The translations under genes and the position numbers were made by a program. Shown piece by piece: positions 1-12,600 of a DNA stretch of 64,000 bases. The notes below the pieces were generated by a model. It saw nothing but the letters and a program-made list of their open reading frames with translations, had not been told where the DNA came from and did not search any database. Location of the stretch: NCBI RefSeq assembly GCF_035594765.1, contig NC_085842.1, positions 232,077,747 through 232,141,746 of the forward strand, written 5' to 3'. Source of the stretch: Anolis carolinensis. Taxonomy: Eukaryota. The stretch's first letter is position 1. Each line of letters opens with the position of its first letter.

Positions 1-36
<36 letters not shown>

Positions 37-85
37 TTATTTATACCCCGCTTTATCTTCCCAAAGGGGACTCAAAGCGGCTTGA
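1..85 (-). repeat. (TTA)n microsatellite plus L2-type LINE/SINE 3' tail
   Basis: Reverse complement of the GCCGC..TGAGTCCCC..GGGGTATAAATAAA tail that recurs in the window (also ~230-290, 24250-24330, 24445-24520, 44955-45030, 63025-63115). Confidence 0.7.
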
Positions 86-549
86 CATAATAGTTTTAAT
101 ATACAATTTAAAATAAGGAAATATACAAACATTAAAACAGAATTAAATGCAAACAGCACTAAAAATTCAGAGTTAAAATCCATCAAAACATGTTCAAAGT
201 TAAGTTTATCCATAGTTTTGATTAATATAATAATAATAATAATCTTTATTTATATCCTGCCCCCTCTCCAAACAGGACTCAGGGTGGCTTACAGAAAATA
301 AAACACAGTACAAAAACCAAAGCGAAAATAAAACATGTATATAAATTAATACCAGCCAACCATCTAACTTACATACATACATAGAAGTTGATGAGTGTTG
401 CGTTGGGTGTGTTTGTGTCCCTTCCTTGCTTGGCCTACTTTTAAGTTTTAACTCTCCCAAAAATATAGATTGATCCCAGCTCAGGAGATGCTCAGATTTT
501 TGGGACAACAGAGAAGAATTTTTTTAAAAAATGCATTGAGATTTCTTTG

Positions 550-1510
550 CCCGCCCGCGTCAGTTTATGCGATTCTTTGCTGTCCCAGGACAGAAACGAA
601 CGTTTTTGGGGGCTTCTGCTTCGCCTTCTCTCACGTGCGTGTGTGTCGCGCCCGCCCGTGCGCGCCTCCTCCTTTGGGGCGTGTCCGAGCCCGGAGGGAG
701 TGGGCGGGCACAGCTTCTGGTTGGCTGCTTGGCTCTCCCAATGGCCCGCCCCTTTCGCCGACCTGCTGCAGTCCAGCCGCGGCGGCAGGTGTTGAGAGCG
801 AGAGAGAGAAAGAAGTGCTTCCCCCTCCCCTTTCCTCTGAAGCGCTGAGAGGTTCCACTGAGTGGTGCTCGCTCCCCCCCTCCAGGCGCAATGGTTTTAC
901 CTGAGGCAGGTTGGAAGTGCGTTGGATGAGGGACGGCGCAAAAGCAAGAAAGGGGGGGGGGGAGAGGGATGAAAGGACACCCCCTCAACGCTTTGCCGCA
1001 TTTTCTCGCTGGAGGAAGGCAAGAGTGAGACAGGAGAGGGAAGGATGTGCGCTCTCTTCTGCGGCGGCGAAGAAGAAGGATCCTCCCGAAAGTGGACTCT
1101 CTCCCCTTCCTTCGTTACGCCAGGTAAATGGGACCTTCCTGGCTGTAATAGGAATGGGATGTTTGGGAGAACCAAAGTTGGAATGGGGGGGGGGGTTGAA
1201 GTTGGAACGGAGGGGGATCTTCATAGGCACCTTTCGGCCGTTGGGCGCGTCCACTTCGCCAAAGCCGGGGGGGGGGGGAGCACGGATACCTTCCTACAAG
1301 GAGGATTTGGGCGCCTGACCCCCTTGAAGATGGCGTAGTCCACTCCGCGCGCATTCAGCCGCGGCGGTTAAAGCGGCACCGATCCGCGCTCACTCTGTAG
1401 TGTAGACACATTCTTAAGCAGGGCAAGGAAAGAAGGGAGATGGTCCCTGCTCCGGTTTCTCGTCTTTTTCCCGGTCGCTTTGGTAACCGGCGTCTCTGCG
1501 TTTCTCCCCG
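550..1510 (+). promoter_or_regulatory. CpG-island promoter and first exon, probably of the miR-31 host transcript (MIR31HG-like)
   Basis: Only CpG-rich non-transposon segment in the window. GC boxes at 702-708 and 745-752, CCAAT at 738-742, E-box CACGTG at 632-637, YY1-type AAGATGGCG at 1327-1335, donor CAG|GTAAAT (exon ends 1123). Same strand as miR-31. The host-gene link is inferred from mammalian MIR31HG-IFN synteny. Confidence 0.65.
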
Positions 1511-1582
1511 AGGTTGTCTTTTGGTGTTGGAAACCTGAGCCCCGTTAGGTCATGGTTTTCTTTCAGGTCCTTTTCTTCTACG

Positions 1583-1720
1583 GGCCCCTATAATCCCAGA
1601 AGATTAAGGCCAAAAATCCCACAATATCTGCTTTGAACTGGGTTATCTAAGTCTACACTGCCATATATTCCAGTTCAAAGCAGATAATGTGGGATTTTAT
1701 TCAGCTGTGTGGAAGGGGCC
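1583..1720. mobile_element. Palindromic non-autonomous DNA transposon (Harbinger-like MITE); further copies ~2207-2435, 12826-12973, 27832-27968, 54126-54276
   Basis: Termini GGCCCTTCCACACAGC...GCTGTGTGGAAGGGGCC, internal self-complementarity, multicopy. Confidence 0.6.
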
Positions 1721-2944
1721 TACATCATGATTTTCTTTAGAGAAAGAAATGTCGGGTTTGGAACCCTCACCCGTCAAGTTTCAGGTGGTTTTGGTTTTGC
1801 TTCACCGTCGTCTCCCTTTGAGCCGCCTTTGTATTCATCGCAGGCCTTTCAGCTTTCCATGACATTAAGAAATATTCTTCCCTGTTTTCCCCAAAATAAG
1901 ACCTACCCCGAAAATTAGAGCTATCGTGATTTTTCAGCATTGCTGAGAATGCTTGAAATATAAGCCCTATTTCAAAAATAAACGCTAGATATCGTTCATC
2001 TAAAAACTCAATTTGGAAAAATAAAACTGCCCCTGAAAACAAGCCCTAACACATCTTTTGGAGCGGAAATTAATATAAAACCCTGTCCTATTTGGGGGGA
2101 AACAGGGTTGTTTCTCCCTCACATGGGTGTCTCTCTTTAACCCTCCTTCTGACTTTTATTCGCTTTCTAAACTGGTTTACAGCAGTGAGGATTAGGAATG
2201 ACTCAAGGCCCTTCTATACAGCCATATAACCCAGAATATCAAGGCAGAAAATCCCACAAAATCTGCTTTGAACTGATTTATCGTAGGGCCCTTCCACACA
2301 GCCATATAACCCAGAATATCAAGGCAGAAAAGCCCACAATATCTGCTTTGAACTGGGTTATCTGAATCCGCACTGACATATATCCTAGGTCAAAGCAGAA
2401 AATGTGGGATTTTATTCAGCTGCGTGGAAGGGGCTTCTGGGTGCATTTTTGAGGAGTAGCTGTTTGACTGTCTGCACTGCCATATAATCCAGTTTCTCAA
2501 TCCAGATTATCTGCTTTGTAGTATAGACTTTGGAGGTCCAGGATTGAACCCCTGCTTGGCCACTGAAATCCACTGGGTGATTGGGCAAGTCATATCCTCT
2601 CAGCAAAGCACCTCTGCACAAATCTTGTCAAGAAAGCCTTATAATAGGATTATTATTGCTATTATTAGTAGTAGTATATAATATATTAAAATGTTTTATA
2701 TAAATATATATTATTATATTTATATCTTGCTTTCTTTTTCTAAACAGAGACCCAAAGTCCAACTCTTGCCGAGAAACCCCCTGATAGGGTTGTGAACTAA
2801 CTTTATTATTCTGTCTCACTTTTTCTTTCTAAAACAAACCTAAGAAGAAATCTTATTTTAAAAAACCCCCATGATATAGTTCCCTTAAGGTCGTCATAAG
2901 CGACAAATGATTTGAGGACACTTAACAACAATGCATCTTTGGCA

Positions 2945-3225
2945 GGCATAGTGGCACAATGGGTTAAGCCCTTGTGCCGGTTAAACTGTTGACCTGAAGG
3001 TTGGGTTGCTGACCTGAAGGTTGCCGGTTCAAATCCGCGAGATGAGACGGGGTGAGCTCCCACCTGTCAGCTCTAGCGTGCGGGGACATGAGAGAAGTCT
3101 CCCAGCCGGATGGTAACACATCCGGGCATACCCCCAGGTAATGTCCCTGTAGATGGCCAATTTTCTCACATCAGAAGTGACTTGCAGTATGTTCTTAAGT
3201 AGCTCCTGACACGATTTTAAAAAAT
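2945..3225 (+). mobile_element. tRNA-derived SINE (second family); copies at 38533-38790 (+), 59975-60217 (-), 60352-60430 (-)
   Basis: A-box GTGGCACAATGG, B-box GGTTCAAATCC, shared body GAGAAGCCTCCC...GACTTGCAG, A-rich tail. Confidence 0.75.
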
Positions 3226-3604
3226 CTATGACAGGCAAAAGACTTTGGGACAGAAACTATGAGGTCTAAAGTGCAGCGTTCTGAGTACTGAAAGCTCAGT
3301 TCCATTTCCTGTTTAGCTGGACTTTCTTTTTCTTATTGGAACACTATATCTGCATAGTATTGGGGCACAAAGTATATATATTTTACAAATACAAAGGCAT
3401 ATTAAAATTTGTACTACTGTTTAGAGCACTATAATGGACGAAGAAGAAGGCTTACGTCTTTGTCCTGACGTGTTTATGCAAGGTATCCTCCATCCAAAGG
3501 TGCTCTAGAACAGTGCCTCTTAAACTGTCCCAACCCCAAATGTCGTCCGCTTAGCTTGATGTTAGGGTCACAAAAATTTGGCAACAATATAAGCTTTCTG
3601 AATA

Positions 3605-3830
3605 CTGGGTTGCTGTGAGTTTTCCAGGCTGTATGGCCATGTGCCAGAAGTATTCTTTTCTGACGTTTCACTTACATCTATGGCAGGCATCCTGAGAGGT
3701 TGTGAGGTCTGTTGGAAACTCAGCAAGTAGGGTTTATATATCTGTGGAATGTTCAGGATGGGAGAAAGAACTCTTGTCTTTGGAGGCAAGTGTGAATGTT
3801 GCAATTGGCCACCTTGATTAGTATTGAACA
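3605..3830. mobile_element. Penelope-like retroelement fragment; second copy ~17080-17250
   Basis: GGCTGTATGGCCATG..CCAGAAG..GACGTTTC..ATCTATGGCAGGCATCCT.AGAGG repeat; family name from recognition. Confidence 0.6.
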
Positions 3831-5684
3831 CTACCCATTTACACAAAACTGTTAGCAACAACTCTTCAGAAAATTGCTTCAGAAAATCAGCCTGTTTAGC
3901 AAGCCTTTCAAATGGTGATTTATTATAAGTAAATGTTGGATTTTATACATATTTTATATACTTACATACCTGGGGTTATGTAAAAAGAAATTCAAGCAAA
4001 AAGGCATAATGACTGGAAAAAGTTTTAAGAATCCCTACTCTAAATCATCTGTATAAAAGCAAAACAAAAACACTAAAGAGATAATCCAAAAACTCTTATC
4101 AGGACAATAATAAATAATATTGTAATAAACATGATTGATACAAAACAGCAGAAGCTTAGCTAAATAGCACCTTTTCTCAGGCCATGTGCAAGCAGATATG
4201 AACTATTGTATATTGACAATATGCAAAGGGAGTAACAGATTAACAAAGACGTTCATAACAAACTTTTCTTAACTGAATCCCCTTCGTTAAATGCATGGAT
4301 TGAAGAGCCAGTTAATAGACATTTGTATTCAAGAGTGAGCAGGGTATGTCTGTGTAGCTATACAAATTCAAAGCCTGTGGATTTAGTGATACGGTGACAA
4401 GTCCAGTTTTAACCAAGATATTGCCTAAAGCCAAGACGAGTGAATATATTGACATTGTGAAACAGTTGTAAAAATATATATACAGCTCTTCAAAAGAAAA
4501 TAGAAAGAGAAGGCAACCACTGTTAGAAAATAGTGTCATATGAGTTGGTTTCTGGACCACTGGGATCTAAACAGCTTTCTCATAATTTTTTTTAAAAAGA
4601 TTACTGGTGAATTTGATTCTTGAACTGGGAAAACCACCCCTGAGTATTGCTTGCCTAAGAAAACCCTATGAAATTCATGGGATTGCTGTTAACTGACAGG
4701 TGATTTGAAGGTATGTTCACACTCAAAGTTGGAAAGCTGATGTAAAAATAGACATACACCCCGTGTTTCTGGTAACCATGCACCTGAATCAGATCCATCC
4801 TGTTGTTTTAAAATACTCTGTTAAACCTCATTCATTAATAGGAGTAATAAGACTTAGTTCTGTGCAGATGCATTAAGTTTTCATCTTTAAGCAAAGAAAA
4901 CAACTAAAGGATATCTCACTAAAATGGAAGTAGGATTGACCTCTGGGTTTTGGGTATTTGAAGACTAATTGATCCCATACATATACCTACAACTCTTTAA
5001 GTCTCTCATTTAGAAATATTTATGGAAAAGTTTGTCATACTAACATCTAGTTCTCAAGGCTTATAATCAGGTGGACTTTTGCTGACACAATCATAAATGC
5101 ATTTTAAAGACAAAGTTCAGAGCAGCTGTGATTTAAAGTTTAAAGGTTGAGTTCGTCAGAGTTAAGGTCTATAATTAAAACTTTGCTGATTTTTCTTCAG
5201 TTAAAAACCACACTACTGTAACTTAAAACATCCCAGTGATGAAACAAGTAAATTGTTGATTTCCATGCATTAAAATAAAGTCTCGGGATTTAGAAATTTG
5301 GGCTTAAAGCTGAACTGAGAAGTTTTAAATTTGATTGTGAATTTCACACACTTAGTTGTAGAGTCATAGATGGCAAAATTAATTTCAACTGTAATCTTGG
5401 CTAATGTACTTATTAGAGAATATATGCTCTTGCAGAGATTTGCTTCTCTATACACCCATAAAGGAGTTGCAGTTAATTCATTTAACCTTTAAAAAATGTA
5501 CAATTAGATCAAGCTTGTCAAAATTAAATGCTTGGGTTTCTTTGGAAGACATTTGCAAACCTTCATTAAACCTTTCATTTAATTCAGTGGAACTTAAATG
5601 TTCATCGAGATATCTATGTGCTTTAAAGTTCAAGCTGTACTGTTATACTTCTTGAAAATATATGTGGAGTTTGTTTCTAAAATG

Positions 5685-6013
5685 TAAAGGTAAAGATTTC
5701 CCCTGATGTTAAGTCCAGTCGTGTCCGACTCTGGGGGTTGGTGCTCATCTCCATTTCTAAGCTGAAGAGCCGGCAATGTTTGTAGACACCTCCAAGGTCA
5801 TGTGGCCAGCATGACTGCATGGAACGCCATTACCTTCCTGCTGGAGCGGTACCTATTGATCTACTCACATTTGCATGTTTTCGAACTGCTAGGTTGGCAG
5901 AAGCTGGAGCTAACAGTGGGCGCTCACTCCGCTCCTGGGATTTGAACCTGGGGCCTTTCGGTCTGCAAGTTCAGCAGCTCAGCGCTTTAACACACTGTGC
6001 CACCGGAGGCTCC
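5685..6013 (-). mobile_element. Sauria SINE, full length
   Basis: tRNA-like head, ACCTTT tail, flanking AAAATGTA duplication; five copies in the window. Confidence 0.9.
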
Positions 6014-9000
6014 AAAATGTACCAAATCGAAAAAAAATTGGAAAATGAATTATATGTGGCAGCACATAGTTGGCTAGGAGTAGAATACTATATACACATC
6101 AACACTTGAAATGTATCAAATCACTTTGGTACAAAGCTTGGAAAATTGCATTTTATAGCAAAAGGATGCATATCCTCAGCACGTTTTTTTTTTAAAGATT
6201 CCTGTAAAATTTGTTCAGATGGATTTGGTACCTTTTGGAAACAAGCTTCTATATTTTAAGAAATAGCTTAGCTTACAAAGATGCTTCTGCTTTCATTTCT
6301 GTTCCTGTCTTCCAAAGAAGACAGAGATGGATTTTAATTTATTTTTAAAGCTAAAGGCCTTCTCAGGTTTTGAAGTACTTTTCGAAGTCATATTCATCCA
6401 GTGATAATGATGGTCTGTGTTAAAAATGAACATTTGGAATAGCACTTAGAAATTCTGTCTTTGTCACTATTAGCTATCTGTTGATATTTCAGCACACACA
6501 TTCGAACTTATATTTAACAACAATCCTAAAAGTGCCATCTCAGTTCACAAGGAAAGTTACTTATTTTCTAAAGTTACCACTACTATTACAGTTCCATTAA
6601 TCTCTACAGATAAAGCAGTATTTTGAGAAATAGATGGTATTAAGTTACAGATCAGTAGCTGTTTTCATGCCAGAAAAGACAAAAGAAAAATATGGCACCA
6701 CAGATGCTTCTATTAATTGTAGCATAAACCTTAATGGGCAGAAGCCCATTTTATCAATGCTTATTCTACAACAGATTTGCTAATGGTTTTACATGTCAAA
6801 TACTGTTTTCAAGTTAAGATCAAGCAGTTGCAGGTTAAAACCAATACTTAGTGAAGACTCCAAAATGTTTTACATGAATGTTCTAATAAACATCTTCCTC
6901 TACCACCCCCCCCCCTTTGTAATGTGAATATTTCACTTTAAGGACACCACTTAGCTTTCATACAACAGTTTATAAGATCATCATGCAAAAATAACATAAG
7001 ACAACTTACAGTGACTGATAATATTGAGCATAAGCATTTAAAAGAGACTTTAGGAAACTTGAAATGTGTACTGAATTGGAAATAATCTCACTCTGGGATA
7101 ATTGGGCAGGCCAAGTTTTTTTGAACCTCTTGAACTGTTGCAAATTTGAGAAGCATATTAATTCTGTTATCATAAGATAAACAGGTAGAATGCGGTCACT
7201 GTTGCCCGTTTTTGGTTAAGGGATATTTAACCGTTTGTACTCCTTCTGTTTTTTTATCAGTTTTATACTAATTTATGCAATGCTTTTGATATTAAATAAA
7301 TTAATGGCTTATTTGATAGTAATACAACTTAGTGTTTTACAGTTGTGGACTTGAGTTATTCAAAGATTCTGGAGTATGTGGTGCCATGATTCTTTCCCAA
7401 AGTACTACATACGTCGCTGTGTTGCCAATTCTCCCCCCCCCCCCCCCATTCATTGTCCCTAAATATGTAATCATATCTTTCTGATAGGTAGAGCTGAAAA
7501 AATAAATGGATTTTAACTTAGAAGCACCCTTTTTCTTTTCTGTATTTATTTTACATTGACCTTTTATTAGAAAGTAATAAATACAACAATCAAAGAACAG
7601 CACCAATAGTATTGCAGTTCCTCAGATACTGCCTCAATTCATTGTTACATTCTGTAATCAACTTGTTTTTTATTGTAATTCTCAAACATTACAGAGATCC
7701 ATGTGTGTCTGGAAAGGGTGAGGTATTGTTAATGTCAACAGGGTGTGAAAACTTGTATGGTATAAAAATTGTTTTTTAAAAAAATCATATTTGTTTTTAC
7801 AGATCCTAGTAGGCAGCATGTTTAAGATATTAATTATTTTAAAATAATAAGTAAAATATTAGGTTTCATTTTTTGTGATCTGTTAAATCATACCACCTTA
7901 AAATGATAAGAAATTTACCACAGGAAATTAAGATACAACTGCATCTTGGGATGGTTTTAGTAATACTAATTTGAGTATTATCCTGTGAAAATAAATACAG
8001 TGGATCATTGGTATCTGCTGGGGTTTGGTTCCAGAATCCCCCACAGGTCCCAAAATCCATGGATGAACATGTCCCATTATATAGAATGGCATAATAAAAT
8101 GATGTCCCTTATATAAACCGACAAAATCAGGGACTGGCTTTACCATTATTATTTTTTTTCAAAACGTGTTTGGTTGAATCCATGAATATGAAGAGCCAGC
8201 TATATACAATTTCTTTCTGCAGAATGGCATCTTCACTCAAGTTTGTTCTTTTAGACAGGCTGGATGGCCATCTGTCAGAGGTGCTATTGTTTTCCTGCAT
8301 GGCAGGGGGTTGGACTGGAGGGCTCATATGGTCTCTTCCAACTCTGATTTTTATGAGGTCAGGTTCTAGTTTACACTTCTTCTAATACAGAGTGATAGTT
8401 GGCATTAGAACGATCCCGTCAAGTTGTTTAAATTCAAAAGGCAAAAAAGAGAAGCAAAGGAATGTGCTCTTGAGTGACTCTCTTTATCCAACTGGGGTTG
8501 AAACAAGAGTTTGGGACTGGGTTTTCAATGCTCAAAAACAATTGTATCACTCTGCTGGTTCAACTGAAATTGGAAGGGAGTATTACATTTAGTTGCTGCC
8601 AGGCAAGATGTGATGGAAAATAATCTACCTACAGGCTGAAAGTTCCTTACAAACAATAATATACATTATCACAGTGACTGCTGAGATATTTTTTTTGCAT
8701 GCAAGTATATATATTATATAGATAAAAAACAGCTTATATCAAAGTGGTCACCATTTTATATTACCCTTCCACTGGATCTTAGGGTGCTTCCAGACAAAGT
8801 TGTGCAATTTCACTCCTCCAGGGATAGAGGTTGTCATTCTTCTATTTGTACCTGTTTCCCATTGCTTTTTCCATTTTCTCTTCTCTCCCACAACACCTCC
8901 CCGATAGCTATCTATCCAGATGGGAAAGATGAAATCATTGCAAAATATATTTTGTTGAGTAGGACTGGGAGCTGCTTTCCCAGAAGCATACCTGGTGTGT

Positions 9001-9330
9001 CTTCCATCTCTTGCCCCTTACCAAACACATGCAAGCTGGTGGTGGTGATAATAATAACCCTCTTGTATTATTATTAATAATAATATTATTTATAACCCAC
9101 CTTTTCTCTCCAGAAGGAAACTCAAAGTGGTTGTATCAAGCATTTTTCCTGTAATATTTTCATTTATTTGCAGTGTCAGATTCAAAGATATAGCAATCAG
9201 TTGCGTCCTTGTTGTAATTATCTGCAGTCAGTTTAGGCTTTTTTTATTTTAATTTCATGACTGATGTCTAGCATTTAGAGGCTGAGCGTTGTTATTTTTT
9301 CTTCCAGATGATGTAGAAATGAAATATAAG

Positions 9331-9663
9331 AAGTGTTCCCTCACTTATCGCGGGGGTTAGGTTCCAGGACCACCCGCAATAAGTGAAAATCCGTGAAGTA
9401 GGGACGCTATATATGTATACATTATTTTAATAGTTATACACTATTTTAAGTCTTTATCAACCAATCGTGTATTGATAAATCACCTCCTTCTCCTCCCGTT
9501 GCCGCTTGGGCTCCTTTTCTCTCCCTTCCGCTTCTCCTTCCTCCCTTCCTTAGACTGTAAATTGTAATTTTTTATGATTTATAATATTCTTTTAGAGTTT
9601 ATTGAAAAACTGCAAAACAGCGAATCCGCAAAAAGTGAACCGCGAAGTAGTGAGGGAACACTG
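9331..9663. mobile_element. Tc1/mariner-pogo-type MITE
   Basis: TIRs AGTGTTCCCTCACT...AGTGAGGGAACACTG followed by TA. Confidence 0.75.
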
Positions 9664-12600
9664 TACAACCCCCCCCCCCCCCACTCAAACACTTGTTCAT
9701 TTTGTAGGTCTCCATGACCCAAATTGAAGCTGTGAATTAGGACCTTACAAACAACAAAGAGAGCAAGGGAGATCTTTTTATCAGAAGGGTAGCTTGTTCA
9801 TTAAGAAATTGCTGTAGGGCATCCCTTAAACCTTCCCAGGCTTGTGAAGTCAACAAAATTATGTTTTGTTTGTGTACAGTACAACATTTGTATCACAGGC
9901 ACCTTGCAAGGTTTTTAAGAAGAAAATATTTCTCTGTCTTCATATTAATGGCAACTAATTTATATTTATTTTATTTTATTTATTCATTGATGTTTAATTT
10001 CTAAGATCTATCAGCGTCAGCTAATAGAATTCAAGAATGATTTACATTTTTAAAAATCCCAACAACCAAAATCCACGTAAGAACAAAATATTTAAATGAT
10101 CACGGAAATACAATAATCAAATTCAAAGCAGCAGAGAGCTAAACCAGTTTCACAAGAAAATTAAAAATATTGAAGATAAAAACTGTTTTAAAACAAAGAC
10201 TAGCAACGAATACGTATTTATTTGCTTTTCTCCCAAAAATGAAATCCAGGTTGGCTTATAACAAGGTTTAAAAATTGGTGCCAAAAAAGAACACAGAAAA
10301 GTTGCCATGTTTCAAACAGCTCTTGTAGTTGTTTTTTTATGCTGTTTATAAAAAAAATGGAAATTCCCCAAAAATCTGTAGAGAAGTGAAACGTTCTGAA
10401 ACTTGATGGGCTAACAGTGGTAAATGTGTTCCACCACTGTAGCAAGTTTCACCCCAATAGCTGTAAAAATGAGGGAGAAAAGAGGCCCTGAAGTCTCCCC
10501 ACTTGCACAATTACTATAACAAATTAACAAAATTGTGTTATTCTCGTTATAGTAACGAAATGTTCACTAATGATGCTTTAGAAACACTTTCAAAATAAAA
10601 TGCTGTTGCTCCCTAATTTTGTAATGAGTTTTGAAACATTTTTTTATCGATCGCACAGCTCTGTTATTACATTTATTTATACCCTACTTTTTCTCTCCAC
10701 AAAGAGACTCAAAGCTGCTTATACTGAGGATCCATTTAAATCCCATCACCAGATTTTTGAATTTACATGAGTTAACAAGGGAAGCATGTATTTTCAGAAC
10801 AGAATATTTATCAGTCAGTGAATTCCCTAGCCTGTATAATTAAATGTGAAATAGGCAAGATTTCTCAAAATTGGGCAAAGTGGGCTGAATCTTATAGAGA
10901 AAGCATTGCTCCCATGGAAGCCAGTTTATACAGGAATACAGGATTGGGACATCTGCGCCTCTGTGCATTTTTATCTACCGATGTTTATGAAAGCCCACTT
11001 GGAGACAGAAAGTATTTTTAATAGAGTTTAAATTGTACAGCGCAGACATAGTTGCCCTTGCTGTATATGCCATGATTGTGTCTTGTAAAACCAGTCTTTT
11101 GGATTTTCAAAGCTGTACAAAATTGCCAAACTTCTAAGGAGAAGCAGTAATGGGACAAATGCAGAGGTTATGGGCGAGTGGATCAATGTAGGCTCACTTA
11201 AGTTGTACCATCTATTGAACTAGTATGATATAATGGTATGAACTGGTATGAGTTTCTGGGAGATCAGGGTTTGAATCTCTGCTGAATCATGGAAACCCAT
11301 TGGGTCACCTGGGGCAAATCATATTCTTTCAGTCTTGGAAAGCAGCAAACCTTTGAAAAAAAATCTTGCCAAAAAACCCCCGTGTGATAGAGATGCCATA
11401 AGTCATAGTTGACTTGAAGGAACATCACCACAAGATAATACCTTAATCCACTTTCTGATCATACCAGAATATCTGTCCAGTGTTTGTTGGAATAGATCAA
11501 AGGTAGATCCTCCAAAACTGGTCCCAGAGATCCGTAAAAAAAATGATGTGAGCTGGGACAGGGCAATCTATCAATTTTGTTTTTCTCCTGGTTTTTTCTT
11601 TTTAGAAGTTGGTATTCTTTCTATCTTAGTTATGAAATTATTGTCTATTTTGTGAAATTCCTTTTTTTTAAAAAAAAAATCCAGAAGCAAATATCTGTGT
11701 TGTATCTTTTTCCTGACATTCTAGTTTTATAAGATCTTCAGCTTTCTCTGTTCTCTGATGAAGAGTGCTTTTGCCTCTCCAAACTGTCTCTCTCCTGATT
11801 ACATAGAATTGATCCATGGCAGTTAAATTGGTGTCAAATGGCACTAATTCTAGAATGTAGATGTACTCATAAAACTGCATTTTACCTGTAAGCAAACAGA
11901 TGTAAAGATTAAACAGCTCAGAAAAAAAGTAATGACAACGCTGGATGTAAAGCTAGAGCTCAACGCCTTAGATTGACTGCTCCTATGACCAAGAATATTG
12001 TGCTTCTGTCTTCACAAAGACACCTTGAACAGTAATTCTGGCCACTTGAGAGGTGTTACGTAAAGACATCAATACTTCACAATGTAAATTTAGCCTTATG
12101 TTCCATATTAAAACCTGTTATTGAAGATTTGATTAAGAATTAAGTGTAAAAAAAGGAAGATAAATGATCTTAATATCTTATAAATAATGCATATAAACCA
12201 ATAAAGCATATAGATGCTGAGGAAGATTTTTCCACTGGACAAATTATTGTTTTTGGTTGGGAGTTGCAATTTGGAAGGATATCTAAAACTGCACTTTTAA
12301 ACTTGAAGCAAAGATCATCACGGTTATTCTGCTGGAAAAGATTTTCTATTAGCAGAACCAAGTTGTCAGAAGGGGGAGAAAATCCCCATCCATTAGCAGA
12401 CAGACTGGATTTAGGCCCAAATTCTTCACTTAGACATCAAACAGTCTCCCAGCAGTTGTTCTTGCTGTGATAACATGAAAGGCGTTAAGTACTGTCAGTA
12501 GCAAAGATGCCTGAAGTCAGCAAATATAAAATTACATCCATTTGCCGTTCTGAATTCAAGCTTTCAAAAGTGTGTTCAGATTCTCTCATATCTGTTGACA

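Noticed and set aside
470-1354. CpG-island ORFs as a protein-coding gene, such as MTAP exon 1
   Set aside because: No recognisable protein; long ORFs are expected in GC-rich DNA; no MTAP-like first exon seen.
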